A stretch of DNA of 64,000 bases from Octopus sinensis (taxonomy: Eukaryota), in assembly GCF_006345805.1 (NCBI RefSeq), contig NC_043010.1, positions 63,736,001-63,800,000 on the forward strand, given 5' to 3'. The notes under the pieces were generated by a model. That model worked only from the letters and a program-made list of their open reading frames with translations. It did not search any database and had not been told where the DNA came from. Positions 28,020 through 39,098 of the stretch are shown in pieces; the first letter of the stretch is position 1, and each line of letters opens with the position of its first letter. A program made the position numbers and the translations under genes.

Positions 28020-28050
<31 letters not shown>

Positions 28051-28250
28051 CTGTGTTTGTTCCCCTGCAACATCACTTGACAACTAATGCAGGTGTGTTT
28101 ACGTCCCCGTAACTTGGCGGTTTGGCAAAAGAGACCAATAGAATATGTACTAAGCTTACAAAGAATAAGTCCTGGGGTCGATTTGCTTGACTAAAGGTGG
28201 TGCTCCAGCATGGCCACAGTCAAATGACTGAAGCAAAAGAGTAAAAGAAT
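27873..28250 (+). mobile_element. SINE family B
   Basis: Full-length match to the other copies. Confidence 0.9.
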
Positions 28251-29036
28251 ATATTTACTGATGTGACTAAGGATGGCAGTGGAGTACTTTATACCACTAT
28301 ACAGTATTCCCAGTGTAACTAAAGATACAAATACAGTAAATACCTCACTTTACAAATATTTCTGTTTTATGAGTTTTATTTTTCAAGCACAATATCCAGA
28401 TTTTGAATGAAGTGCAAAAGTTTCTTTCTGCTACCATAACAAATATTTCTGTGTGTTACTGAGAAATTTATAGAGCGAAAGAAGCTTCTTCTAAGCAAAC
28501 AACTCTAGGCTTGCTTTTTTTAAAAAAAGAAATCTACAAGTCCGTCTACGGGTGTTTGTGAATCGGCGATCACGTCTACAAGTGATGGTGTGCGCGAGTC
28601 TAGTGCGAGTGAAAGTGATTCAGAAAACGATTATAATAATTACGGAGATGTACTTGCATAGCAAGTGACTTGATCTGAAATCGTGTGCTGAAACAGAAAC
28701 AATTACAGCGTGGAAGATGTTTATAAGCCATTTAAAAACACACAAAAAACCGTTAGATTCATTTCCACATTTAAATTCAATTTGTGTCAGAATATTTTCG
28801 TCTCTTTGAAACCCCGACCTGTTCAATTGATCTTGACATTCTTTTTAATTTACATAAAATATTCTTTACATTCTACTGTTGTTTTATTATCATTTATTTA
28901 CGAGTATTATAAATTTACGATTTATAACATTACTACTATGGGAAATTATTGCTCTGCTTTACGAGTTTTTACTTCACGAGCGGTGTCCGGGAACAATTAA
29001 CTCGTATACTGAGGCATTACTGTGTGTGTGTGTGTG

Positions 29037-29074
<38 letters not shown>

Positions 29075-29178
29075 CGTGACCGACCAGGCTATCAGATGTT
29101 GTTACACATCGCTGGTCACAATGCGCTTCGCATTGTTTTAGCCTTGAAATGACGCCACCCCGCTGGCTAAGCGAGCAG

Positions 29179-29224
<46 letters not shown>

Positions 29225-29899
29225 CATACATACATACATACATACACTCCCACATACATTATAAATATATGTGAGGCATTTCCTCCTCCATATTCTTAAG
29301 AGACCTTGGGCCAACAGGTTTTGGGTATCTGATTATACACCATAAAGCTAAACCCTTTATGGGCGGAAAATCTAAGGTAATCAACCCCAAAAACCGGCCT
29401 TCCCCATTTTATATGTATCACACTTCCATTTGTAACGTTTTCTCTCCAGCCAACATATTTTGCTGTCGGGAAATTAACAAGTGTTATTTCAGGAAATAAG
29501 GGATGGAGAGGGGAGGACTTTTGGAAGACGAACGAGCTGGTGACTTCCTGTAGAGTCCCAGTCTAACTTTTATGACAACACGCACACACACGTTCATAGA
29601 TGTATGAAAATATACGTTTGTGCATCGTCGGTGTTACTGTTGAAAATCTGCAGTGATTTTTCCCTTAGTGTGTTGACAGAAAAACATTACTGGAACTGTA
29701 AAAAAAATGACACACAGACAGACAGAAGTAAAAGTAGGAGGGATGTGGATTTTTAAGATGGGAAAGTGAGAAAAAATATATATTACATCCTTTAGTGTGG
29801 ATGGCGAAAGAAAAAGTGAATGTGTTTGTGAAAGATAGAGAGGGGGAGAGGAAAAAGCAGGAGAGGGAGAAAGAGTTGGCACCCACAACCAATTCCACT

Positions 29900-30660
29900 C
29901 GGCACTAAGTGTACGTAATTCCGAAGTCTCTTTGACATCAAACTGAAAGACGGAAGCAATCGATGGGGACGGCGTGGGCTGGACGGACACTTTGGCTAAG
30001 GCCTCTTCCATCCTGACTTGCTTTCCTGGGATGGGGTAGAAAAAAAAAATTCGACTGCTGTGAAGTGGGGTGAGGGCAGTAAATAGGGTAAGTTGGAAAA
30101 AAAAATAGTTTCTATTATAATTGTTTTACTCCCAGGTAAGCCGTGATCAGTTACTTCGACTGTCATCATCTCCCACCTTTTTTCTTTATTTTATTTCAGA
30201 CACCATAATGCATGAGGGCCTCCAATGCTTCCTCTCATTAACAGAAAAGAAGAGAGAGAAAAAAAAACAAACATAGTAGGTTGATGTTTGTGGGAGATTT
30301 AGCTGCTATGTCTAGCAATTCAAACGACCTCATAGAGGCCCCTTTCATTTTGGCTCGTGTTTTTATGTTGACGACAAACGAAAGTGGTGGTCGTCCCACC
30401 CCAGCTTGTCTTCTTTCTCACTCATTTCTCTCCTCGACCTCCTCCTCTTCCTCCTCCCTTCTTCTCCACCCTGTTCACACCTAGTCGCAGGCACCATCAA
30501 TCTCGGCGGCCGGGCACGCGTAACAACAGACGGACGGACGAGCAGTTCTACAGACAGACGTCTATGTGTCGCATGGCTTTCAGTCGAGGGTGGAGGCTAG
30601 TGGGGTTAGCGGGTGGAATACAGGTTGGATGGATGACAAGAGCGGGTAAGGTTAACCCTT
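29900..30660 (+). promoter_or_regulatory. CpG-rich promoter/first-exon region, probably of the zinc-finger gene
   Basis: Unique CpG-containing sequence in an otherwise CpG-poor window. ETS-like CGGAAG near 29950. Consensus donors GG|GTAAGT (30088), CAG|GTAAG (30136) and GG|GTAAGG (30646). Confidence 0.5.
30491..30645 (+). other. Candidate spliced 5' exon (155 nt)
   Basis: Pyrimidine tract followed by GCAG| at 30489-30490, and donor GG|GTAAGG at 30646. Confidence 0.5.
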
Positions 30661-30962
30661 GCATCTCCTACACAACGTCTGTCTGTTTATATATGAAGGT
30701 GTGTCCCCTTTCAGACATCCGTGTTTCTGTGTACATATATTGATGTATATAATGTGTGTGCGTAGGTTTAATGGATTTTATATTGAATGTGTGTGTGTGT
30801 GATGTAATGTATGCGATAATATAGGTAATTCACTGTACTCACCTTAGAATTTCATATATATATGTTTGTATGTATGTGTGTGTGTGTAAATATATATATA
30901 TGTATGTATGTATACACAAATATACATGTAATGTACATATGTTTATACGTGTACATGTGCGT

Positions 30963-31031
<69 letters not shown>

Positions 31032-31533
31032 ATTTTCTCATTATATGCATACATACGTTTATGTGCGTGTATTTGTCTGCATCTGTAAAGTAATATATCA
31101 GTTGTGGTTAGGTATTAAAAATATATATATTTTTTGCCAACATCAGCAAATTAACGCGAGTGTCTAAGTGTATGCATGTTTATGTTTACAACTTTGTTTT
31201 ACAGTTTGTTCCCCCCTGAAAAAAGGCTGTGCATATATATATATATCTGCATTTATATCTATCATTCTGTCTGTATATATGTACGTGCATCTTAGGGAAG
31301 ACCCTGTTTTAAACTGTCAAAAATCTCTTGTCATGTCACTCTGAAATTATTCATTTTACGAACTTTCTTGTAATATATGTCAACACAGACAAACAATGGT
31401 TTTCCTCTTTGCTTTCTAGAATTTGTAATGTTTATCTTTGTTTTTAACTGTGTTGAATGTCATCTCAGTATTAAACCGACTTGATTTTAAATTCTCTTAA
31501 ATTTTGGAGCACTAACCATGATATTCACAACAC

Positions 31534-31595
<62 letters not shown>

Positions 31596-31829
31596 ATGGG
31601 TTTCCTTCGTGAATGTAAATAACAAATCCAGTTTCAGTGTATATCTTTCATTTTAATGAAACACTTCTTGGAAGAAGATACATGCTTTTTACATGTACCC
31701 TGCTTCTGTTATATGGCTTTGTAGTTACATATATATTGTCACTGACATACATGTATATATAAAATCCAAAGAGACTTTGGTGTGGCAGTAAGTTTGGTTG
31801 GTACATGTTGTAAGACGTCTAATCTTTAG

Positions 31830-33030
31830 TTATCATCGTGATTATATTTTATGCTTCTTTATCCATGCTTACATGGGTTGGATGATTCTTCTCCCACTCA
31901 GCTTCACGCTTGTTTTAATCTTTAACCCTTTGTCATTTGCTTTGTAAAGTTTAGATTCCTACGATCAGTCTTTACCACTTCTTTCCATAATTTCTTTGAT
32001 CTTTCTCTTCTGCAGATTCCTTTCACTTGGATTGTTTGGCATTTCTTTACCCATTTGTCATCCTTTATTTGTGTTACCTGTCCATACTAGCATAATCTTC
32101 TCTCTTGCACTCCACAGCTGATTCCTGTTATAACCAGGCTTTCTGTTAGATCATATCTGCTCCATCATTTTCGCACACAAACAAAACATATCCAATGGAG
32201 CTTACTTGCTTCATTTCTTTCTAGCCTCTGCACATCTACTTCATCCAAGACCCATATTTCACTACTGAATATTGCATAGTCTGTCCTTACTTATGGAGAG
32301 AATCCTTCTGGTGATAGAAGAGATAATAGCTTTCTGAACTTTCCCACTACTTTCTTTCTCTGGCTACCATGCTTTTGGAATACCAAAACTCTATCTCTAT
32401 TGCTAATTAGTTCATCTAGGTAATGGGCTATTAGTTATTATGAGAGATCTTTCTGAGCATTTGAAAGGATTTATTTCATGGTGCTTCTACTATTAATTAT
32501 GCTTGTGTGTCTACTACATACAAAGTTCCTCTTCTCTGTCAGTGTACTTGTAATGTGCCCCTGTAGTACACATTCTTACCTATAGCTTTACTGCATATTG
32601 CATAAATCCAGTTCTTTTAATCCTCTTGATTCTATGCTCTGCTTTATGTTCAGAGCTCTTCCTCAATTCTTTTACATACTTGGCTCTCAGAACAAGTTCT
32701 TTAGTATATAAAAATTTCCCACAGGCAGCCAGCCTTGAATTCTTCAGTTATGGCTTGGAGGACTACAATGAATAGTAGGGGATATTTATCTGAACTCATT
32801 GCTAACTTTCATTTTCCTGACAGAACCCCTATTCCCTGTGCATAGCTTGCATGTCTCTTACAAGTCGTTCATCTACACTCAGTTTTCTTAAGAACTACCA
32901 GACATAGTGTGGAACTCTGTCAAAGATCTTCTCCAGGTCAATGAATACTCAGTATAGAGGCTTACTCTTGGCTAAGAACTCTCTTGTAAATGTAGTTTGG
33001 CACAAATCCAACCTGCATCCTATCATAGCT
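31830..33030 (-). mobile_element. Old RTE-X LINE relic (RT to 3' end)
   Basis: FIDLEKIFDRV- and KWVKKCQTIQVKG-like translations, and a decayed CCATGCT..CATGGGTT 3' motif. Confidence 0.65.
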
Positions 33031-34174
33031 AAATTCCTTCTTATTTTAAGTCTTTCTGCAAACTTTCTTAATTTGATCCTTTAGTTCGACGTCTCTGCTG
33101 TTGCTTCTTTGTAAAGCTCTATGCTTTTGTAGAAAAACAGAATCATTGAATTTGTCTGCACAAACTGTCAATAATAAAAGTATAAAAGTAGGAAATCCTT
33201 TAGCTACTCCAAATAATCCCCTAAAGTTAGACACAACTTTAATTTTACTAATCCATAAGTATGTAAACTTATATCAAACAACTGTTTTTTTAAGGCTCAA
33301 ACCATCTTGTTTTATATGTCTTTAAAAACTTTGTCTCTAAAGAGCATTCATTAATAGTTTCAAATTTGAAGAAGTTCCCAGATTGCTGTATATGTTTATT
33401 CAATCCATTAAAAATAGCAGCTAAATCTCTCATAAAGCATGCTTTACTGTCTTAAAACAGGAAGACCTAAGCAACAACAACTACAAAAAAGTTAGAAAAT
33501 ACATCACTGAGGTAAATTACTTGAAAGAAAGTAATTTGTTATTTTGTCTCCTATGATGACACCACTAGTATCCATCATATTAACACTCACTGTTGTACCC
33601 AGGAGATGTACACAAACAATTCTTTGTGTGCCTTCATATGTAAGGAATCTCTTCTATCACCTGATTTTCTACCTTATGTCTCTCCCTAAACCGCATCTGT
33701 TAGTTATTGCTGTGTTTGAAAGATTTTAGGAGGTGGTCATCTATTACCCAATGGCTATCTTCAGGTGTTTTAATGTTTCATAGTTCATCATTGGGTCCCA
33801 TCAATTAGTAGACACTGCTATCACCAGGGTTTCTACCAAGTCAAAAAAAAATAATGAGAGAAGGCATGGGCTCAGACACTGCACTATACAGGCAACCTAT
33901 CCAGGTCCACAAGTGCTTTCCATCACACATAGTCCCATGCATCCTAACACACACACACACATACAAATATCTATAGAAAGAGAGATGTTGATAAAGATTT
34001 GCTGCAGATGATTACAATGTCTATATAAAACACAATTTCAGGGTTTTTTCTCTGCTACAGCTCTGAAAAACCGTAAAAACTGATAGAGGATAAAAAGGAC
34101 TCTTTTGTCCTATCACGTGTGCCAGTGACACTATAAAATATACCAAGTCTACAATGTAAAATGGTTGTACTTAC

Positions 34175-34307
34175 TTGTAATGGCATTCACCTAGGGTGGG
34201 TTGAGCCAGCACTGACTGAGTTTGCTGCGTCCCTCATGAATGCTGAGCATGTCTGACAATTGGCTGCAATAGAGGAGTGTGGATGCTGTAGCCATAGTCC
34301 TCATTCA
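34175..34307 (-). other. Candidate non-coding exon of an antisense (minus-strand) transcript
   Basis: Minus strand reads ctttacacttccacag|exon|gtaagtac. All three frames contain stops. Confidence 0.35.
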
Positions 34308-34397
34308 CTGTGGAAGTGTAAAGTTCATGTAAAGTGGTTGGTAATAAAAAGTCCATTCAGATGTGAAAACCATGTTAAAATAAAATTAAATGTTTAA

Positions 34398-34607
34398 CCC
34401 TTTAGCATTCAGATTATTCTGTCAAATGTAATGTTTATGTATTCACATCATGTAAAATTAATCTTGCATCATTTCATGGCTTTGAGATTTCAATAATGTG
34501 ATTGTTTGTTTTTAAAATGGCACAATAAGATAGCTATGAATGACCATATCTGACTAGTTTGAACATAAAATAGGTAGAGTATTATGGCCGGTCTAAACAC
34601 TAAAGGG
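34398..34607. mobile_element. piggyBac-type MITE (TTAA TSD)
   Basis: TTAA|CCCTTTAG...CTAAAGGG|TTAA. Same family as 37988 and 57326, in opposite orientation. Confidence 0.8.
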
Positions 34608-35627
34608 TTAAGTTTTGTCGTTGTGTGGGCCAGATGGCCAAGGACTACACCAAATGTTAAGGTTCTTTGATATCTAAACAACCCATGCCAGCTTGGAAAA
34701 ATGAGGGCAAGGATAATGTAAATCATAAGGAAAAACATTTTGTATGCTTAAATCTATTTGCAATTAGTTCCTTCATTAATCTTAGTCCCTCTTTATTCCA
34801 TTTACTCTCTATTTTTTCTTTATTGTTACTGTATTCTGCTCTTGTAGGTGAAGTTTTGCTGAATGGTTAGAAAGTTTGCCTTGTAACTCTGAGGTCCTGG
34901 GTTTGATCCCACTGTAAGGCATTCTGGACAAATGTCAGTTTTTATAACCTTGAGTTGAGAGTGAAATCAGTGAGACAGAAGCCTTTTGGGTGGATCCTGT
35001 CAGTATTTCAAAAGTCACAGCCTTGTCATACACAAGTGTCATATCAACTCTACTTGAGAGTTATGTTAAGGGAACACATATCTGTGGATTGCTCAGCCAC
35101 TTACGTGGAATAAGCAGTTCAGTGGATCAAACAACTGAGTCCTCCTCATCGAATCCTCCACTACCTCTTTCACGTGCTAGCCTCAGTCTACCCTATGGAC
35201 AATAGGCACCACTTTCACTTGACAGTTGAATGTTTTTGAGTAGGGAGTGTATTGTTAGATGGCCTCAGTCATCTCTGTTGGAACAGATCTATAGCTGAAT
35301 TAACAAAATATTTGTAGCATGGAGCATGTTGCCCTAAGATTTTACACCTGAAACAGAGTGGCAAGGGATTCACTTTTCAACATCTACATGAGTGTTTACT
35401 AAACTAGAAAACACTGTCTGAAGCTTTCAATCAAGTTTTGAAATGGTTAAAAAATTTTGAGGGGATTTAGTTAAGGGTACTTCCTCTGCTACAGCATGGG
35501 TTAGCCTTGATAGCCTCTAGTCAGAGGATAATGTCCTCTCTTGCTCCCTCCAGTTTTGAAAACCCTAAAAAGAGTCATGAGTGTTGCTCTTCCATTTCTG
35601 ATTATTCTAGTTTAGTATACACTCATG

Positions 35628-36362
35628 TCATCATCATCATTATCATTTAACGTCCGTTTTCCATGCTAGCATGGGTTGGACGGTTTGAACGGGGTCTGGT
35701 AAGCCATGGAGGCTGCACCAGGCTCCAATCTGATTTGGCAGTGTTTCTACAGCTGGATGCCCTTCCTAACACCAACCACTCCGTAAGTGTAGTGGGTGCT
35801 TTTTATGTGCCACCGGCACAGGAGCCAGAGCAGGCTGGCAAACGACCACGATTGGTTGGTGCTTTTACGTGTCACTGACATGGACGCTAGTAACTGCCAC
35901 GCTCGAACGGTGCTTTTTACGTGTCACTGGCATGGGTGTCTTAAGTACAATTTCCATTCGAATTTTTTGATGTTGACGAACTTAACTCAACAGGTCTCCT
36001 CAAGAACAGCAGGTCACTCTATGATCCAAGGTTAGCACAGCAGGCCGTCCTGCGAGCCATGAACTCACTTCATTTGTTGGGTCTTCGAAGTCACAGCATA
36101 TCTCCAGAGGTCTCAGTCTTTTGTCATAGCCTCTGTGAGGCTCAAAGTACGAAGGTCATGCTTGACCCCCTCATCCCATGTCTTCCTGGGTCTACCTCTA
36201 CCCTGGATTCCTTCAACAGTTTGGGAGTGGCACTTCTTCACACATCTCTACTCGTCCATCAGTAGTACATGACCGTACCAACGCAATCGTCTCTCCTGCA
36301 CGCTGCATCCAATGCTTCTTATGCCCAACATTTCTCTCAGGACGCTTACACTCATGTAGATG
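35628..36362 (-). mobile_element. RTE-X LINE 3' end (ORF2 C-terminus, 3' UTR and (GAT)n tail)
   Basis: Same 3' UTR as other copies (AGGAAGGGCATCCAGCTGTAG...GGACGTTAAATGATAATGATGATG). Confidence 0.85.
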
Positions 36363-36643
36363 CTGAAAAGCAAAACAAAAACAAAGAACACCAACAGCTA
36401 AAACTATCAAGCTCCCTACTGGAATGTGGGCCTTCATCATATAGCCAACACTACCCTACAAGGCCTAAAATTCCCTTTCAGTCTGTTTTAGATAGCTCAG
36501 CTCTGAGAAGCTGCTGGCCATTTTCAAACATAATGAGATGTTATTTGTTTTTTTTTAGCAGTAAAACTCAAAGTAGATAAAACTACAAATAATAGCATGT
36601 CGAATATTGCATTAAAAAAACCCCTTGGATGAAAAGAAGTTAA

Positions 36644-36928
36644 CTCGAACTATGCCGGCATCTACCATGATGCTGCCTGGCCACAACCAAACTATATTTG
36701 AGTGTGCTTTCTGCAAGAAAGTTTTTACAAAGCAGTTTGCACTCAGAGTTCATGAACAAGTACATCTTGGAGGGAAACCATATTCATGTAATATATGCAA
36801 CAAAAGCTTTGCCCAACAGATCCATCTATGACAGATCCATTGCTTGGCTTAACACCATCTCCTGGCATCTTGGTTACCTTCAGTAGAATCTACCCTGTTG
36901 CAAGCATTTGACCCAGATCTCCAGTTTT
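36644..36928 (+). pseudogene. Chimeric partial duplicate of the zinc-finger gene (finger 1, part of finger 2, and downstream sequence)
   Basis: 36644-36828 matches 39571-39755 with 2 mismatches in 185 bp. 36839-36871 matches 41979-42011 and 36872-36928 matches 42244-42300 exactly. Confidence 0.9.
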
Positions 36929-37364
36929 TTCCATCCAAGTGATTTTTTTTAACACTATATTCTTCATGTTATTATTTATAGCTTTATCTATTAAGAAAAA
37001 AAAAGATCATATCTCTTGAAGGTTCTAAATTCTTACAATGCAAGGGTTTCCCAAATTTGAACCAGTGACCATGTTATCAGTAACCATTCCCACCTTAACC
37101 ATAAACACACACACATCAACGCTACCACTGGTGTCCTGCATGTCAATGAAAGAGGTTTTGTGTGGTGTTACATATAGCTTACCAAATCTCTGTTAAATCA
37201 CACCCTGTCTTAAAAATGGAAGGACACAATTGATAATGTCCTAGATGCGCTGTCTGAGTCAAAGAGATGCTCAGTGCCTACTGCTGTCCCACTGTGTCTT
37301 CTCTACTGCTATCACTTTAACAACCTTCTTCTCTCTCCCCCTCTCTCTCTCACACACACACATA

Positions 37365-37611
37365 TCATCATCATCATCATTGTTTAGCGTCCGCTTTCCA
37401 TGCTAGCATGGGTTGGATGGTTCAACTGGGGTCTGGGAAGCCAGGAGGCTGCACCAGGCCCAGTCTGATCTGGCAATGTTTCTATGGCTGGATGCCCTTC
37501 CTAACGGCAACCACTCCGTGAGTGTATTGGGTACTTTTTACGTGCCACTGGCACAGGTGCCAGACGAGGCTGGCAAACGGCCATGATCAGATGGTGCTTT
37601 TTACGTGCCAC

Positions 37612-37615
<4 letters not shown>
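37365..37615 (-). mobile_element. Short RTE-X 3' end; similar short ends occur at 18444-18569, 26409-26490, 49142-49290 and 49517-49760
   Basis: (CAT)n followed by GTTTAGCGTCCGCTTTCCATGCTAGCATGGGTTGG. Confidence 0.85.
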
Positions 37616-37659
<44 letters not shown>

Positions 37660-37661
<2 letters not shown>

Positions 37662-37960
37662 ATTCCATCCCTATTTTACAAAGTTTTGGATGGTTCATTA
37701 GAGTATAAAACTTAGCGAAAGGTTCTTACATAAATCTACGATGGAATTCTTGCCTCCCAACTAAATATGAATACTTTAATTTTAAGATGGATACAGGTGG
37801 TTTAAGTGGCAATTGGTTAAATGGAGTTAAGCAATGGTGTGTTTGGATGGGTTGGTGTTAAAAGTGTTAAAGTCAAGTGGGAGTTTTGTTGACGTAAATT
37901 TGGTTATAATGTCGATCTGATTAAGGACTATATGGAGACTACTGATGACCGAAGAAACTT
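37660..37960 (+). mobile_element. Possible Penelope-like 3' fragment (GIY-YIG C-terminus-like FYKV...PPN*, then CTGATGA..GAAAC)
   Basis: Motif resemblance only, frameshifted. Confidence 0.3.
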
Positions 37961-37987
37961 TCTTGGTACCATTGTGTTGTATTTTAA

Positions 37988-38206
37988 CCCATTAGTATTT
38001 AAACCGGCCATATCCGGCCAAAATAGCTAATCTGTTTTATGTTCAAACTGACCAGATCCAGGCTCTCACACCTACCCTACAATGTTATTCTACATTAAGT
38101 AATTACACCATAAAGATTTTGAAGATATGAGATAATGCATGATTAATTCAAATCAATGGGAATCAATAAGCATTATTTTTGATAGAATAATCTGAATGCT
38201 AAAGGG
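37988..38206. mobile_element. piggyBac-type MITE (TTAA TSD)
   Basis: TTAA|CCCATTAG...CTAAAGGG|TTAA. Confidence 0.82.
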
Positions 38207-38290
38207 TTAAGACAAGACATAAATCTTTTCCTTCGTAATCCTTAACTTTCTACCTATCTCATTGTTTTCCTTTTCTGTTCTTTTTGACAG

Positions 38291-39098
38291 TGTTAGAACC
38301 GTGCCTCCAGCCCATCGGGGCTTCTTCGTTTTGCTGAAGCGGAAGAGAACCAAGGACAGAAACCATGTTGTCACTCATAAGTGATGGTCAACAAACAACC
38401 AAGTGATGTACATCTGGCCATTTCGTCAGTTCGACCATCGACTGTCTGCCTTCGTATTAAGTCAACCGGAACTGGCCTCATCAGTCACGTCTGAAACTGC
38501 TGAAATAGCATCTTACTTCTTGTGAGATTTCTAATGAAAAGTAATGGACACCATTCAGAGGAACTAGCGAACATCTTAGTGAAAGCATCACAGTCATTGT
38601 TATTGTTGCTATTAGTACAATAACCATTATTATTATTATCATTTGATTTTGCTATGAAAGTTTTTGTCTGAGAACTGGTCGATCCATTTTGTGGTATTCA
38701 AATAGCGAGTGTGAAACGGGGCAATATTTCTGCCAAAAACCCATCCTGCATGACACATGTGTATGTGATATACCAGTGTTGTCTATTCTGACAACCTTGT
38801 CTTTCATATCTGCCTTTGTATTTGAGGGAGTTTATTTATTGAGTAAACTATTTAAAGTGCAACGAACGTTAAAATACATGCACACATTGTAAACATCACT
38901 CTCATCATCTATATGTATATAAGGAAACACACATTTATAGACACTCAGTCAAACCTTGCACATATATCATCTTTATATATAGTAAAAGCATACATCTACA
39001 CACACATACATATATATATATGTATATATTATATACACAGACAAATATATAAAAGCTCAAGGTTGAGAAAACGTGAAAGAGTGTGAGTGAGTGAAGAT
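38291..39098 (+). other. Candidate start of the terminal exon (5' UTR portion) of the zinc-finger gene
   Basis: Long polypyrimidine tract 38225-38286 ending in GACAG| at 38290. No convincing acceptor lies closer to ATG 39099. Confidence 0.45.

Noticed and set aside
37942-37968. CTGATGA-CCGAA-GAAAC as a functional hammerhead
   Set aside because: No stem II or stem I can be formed.
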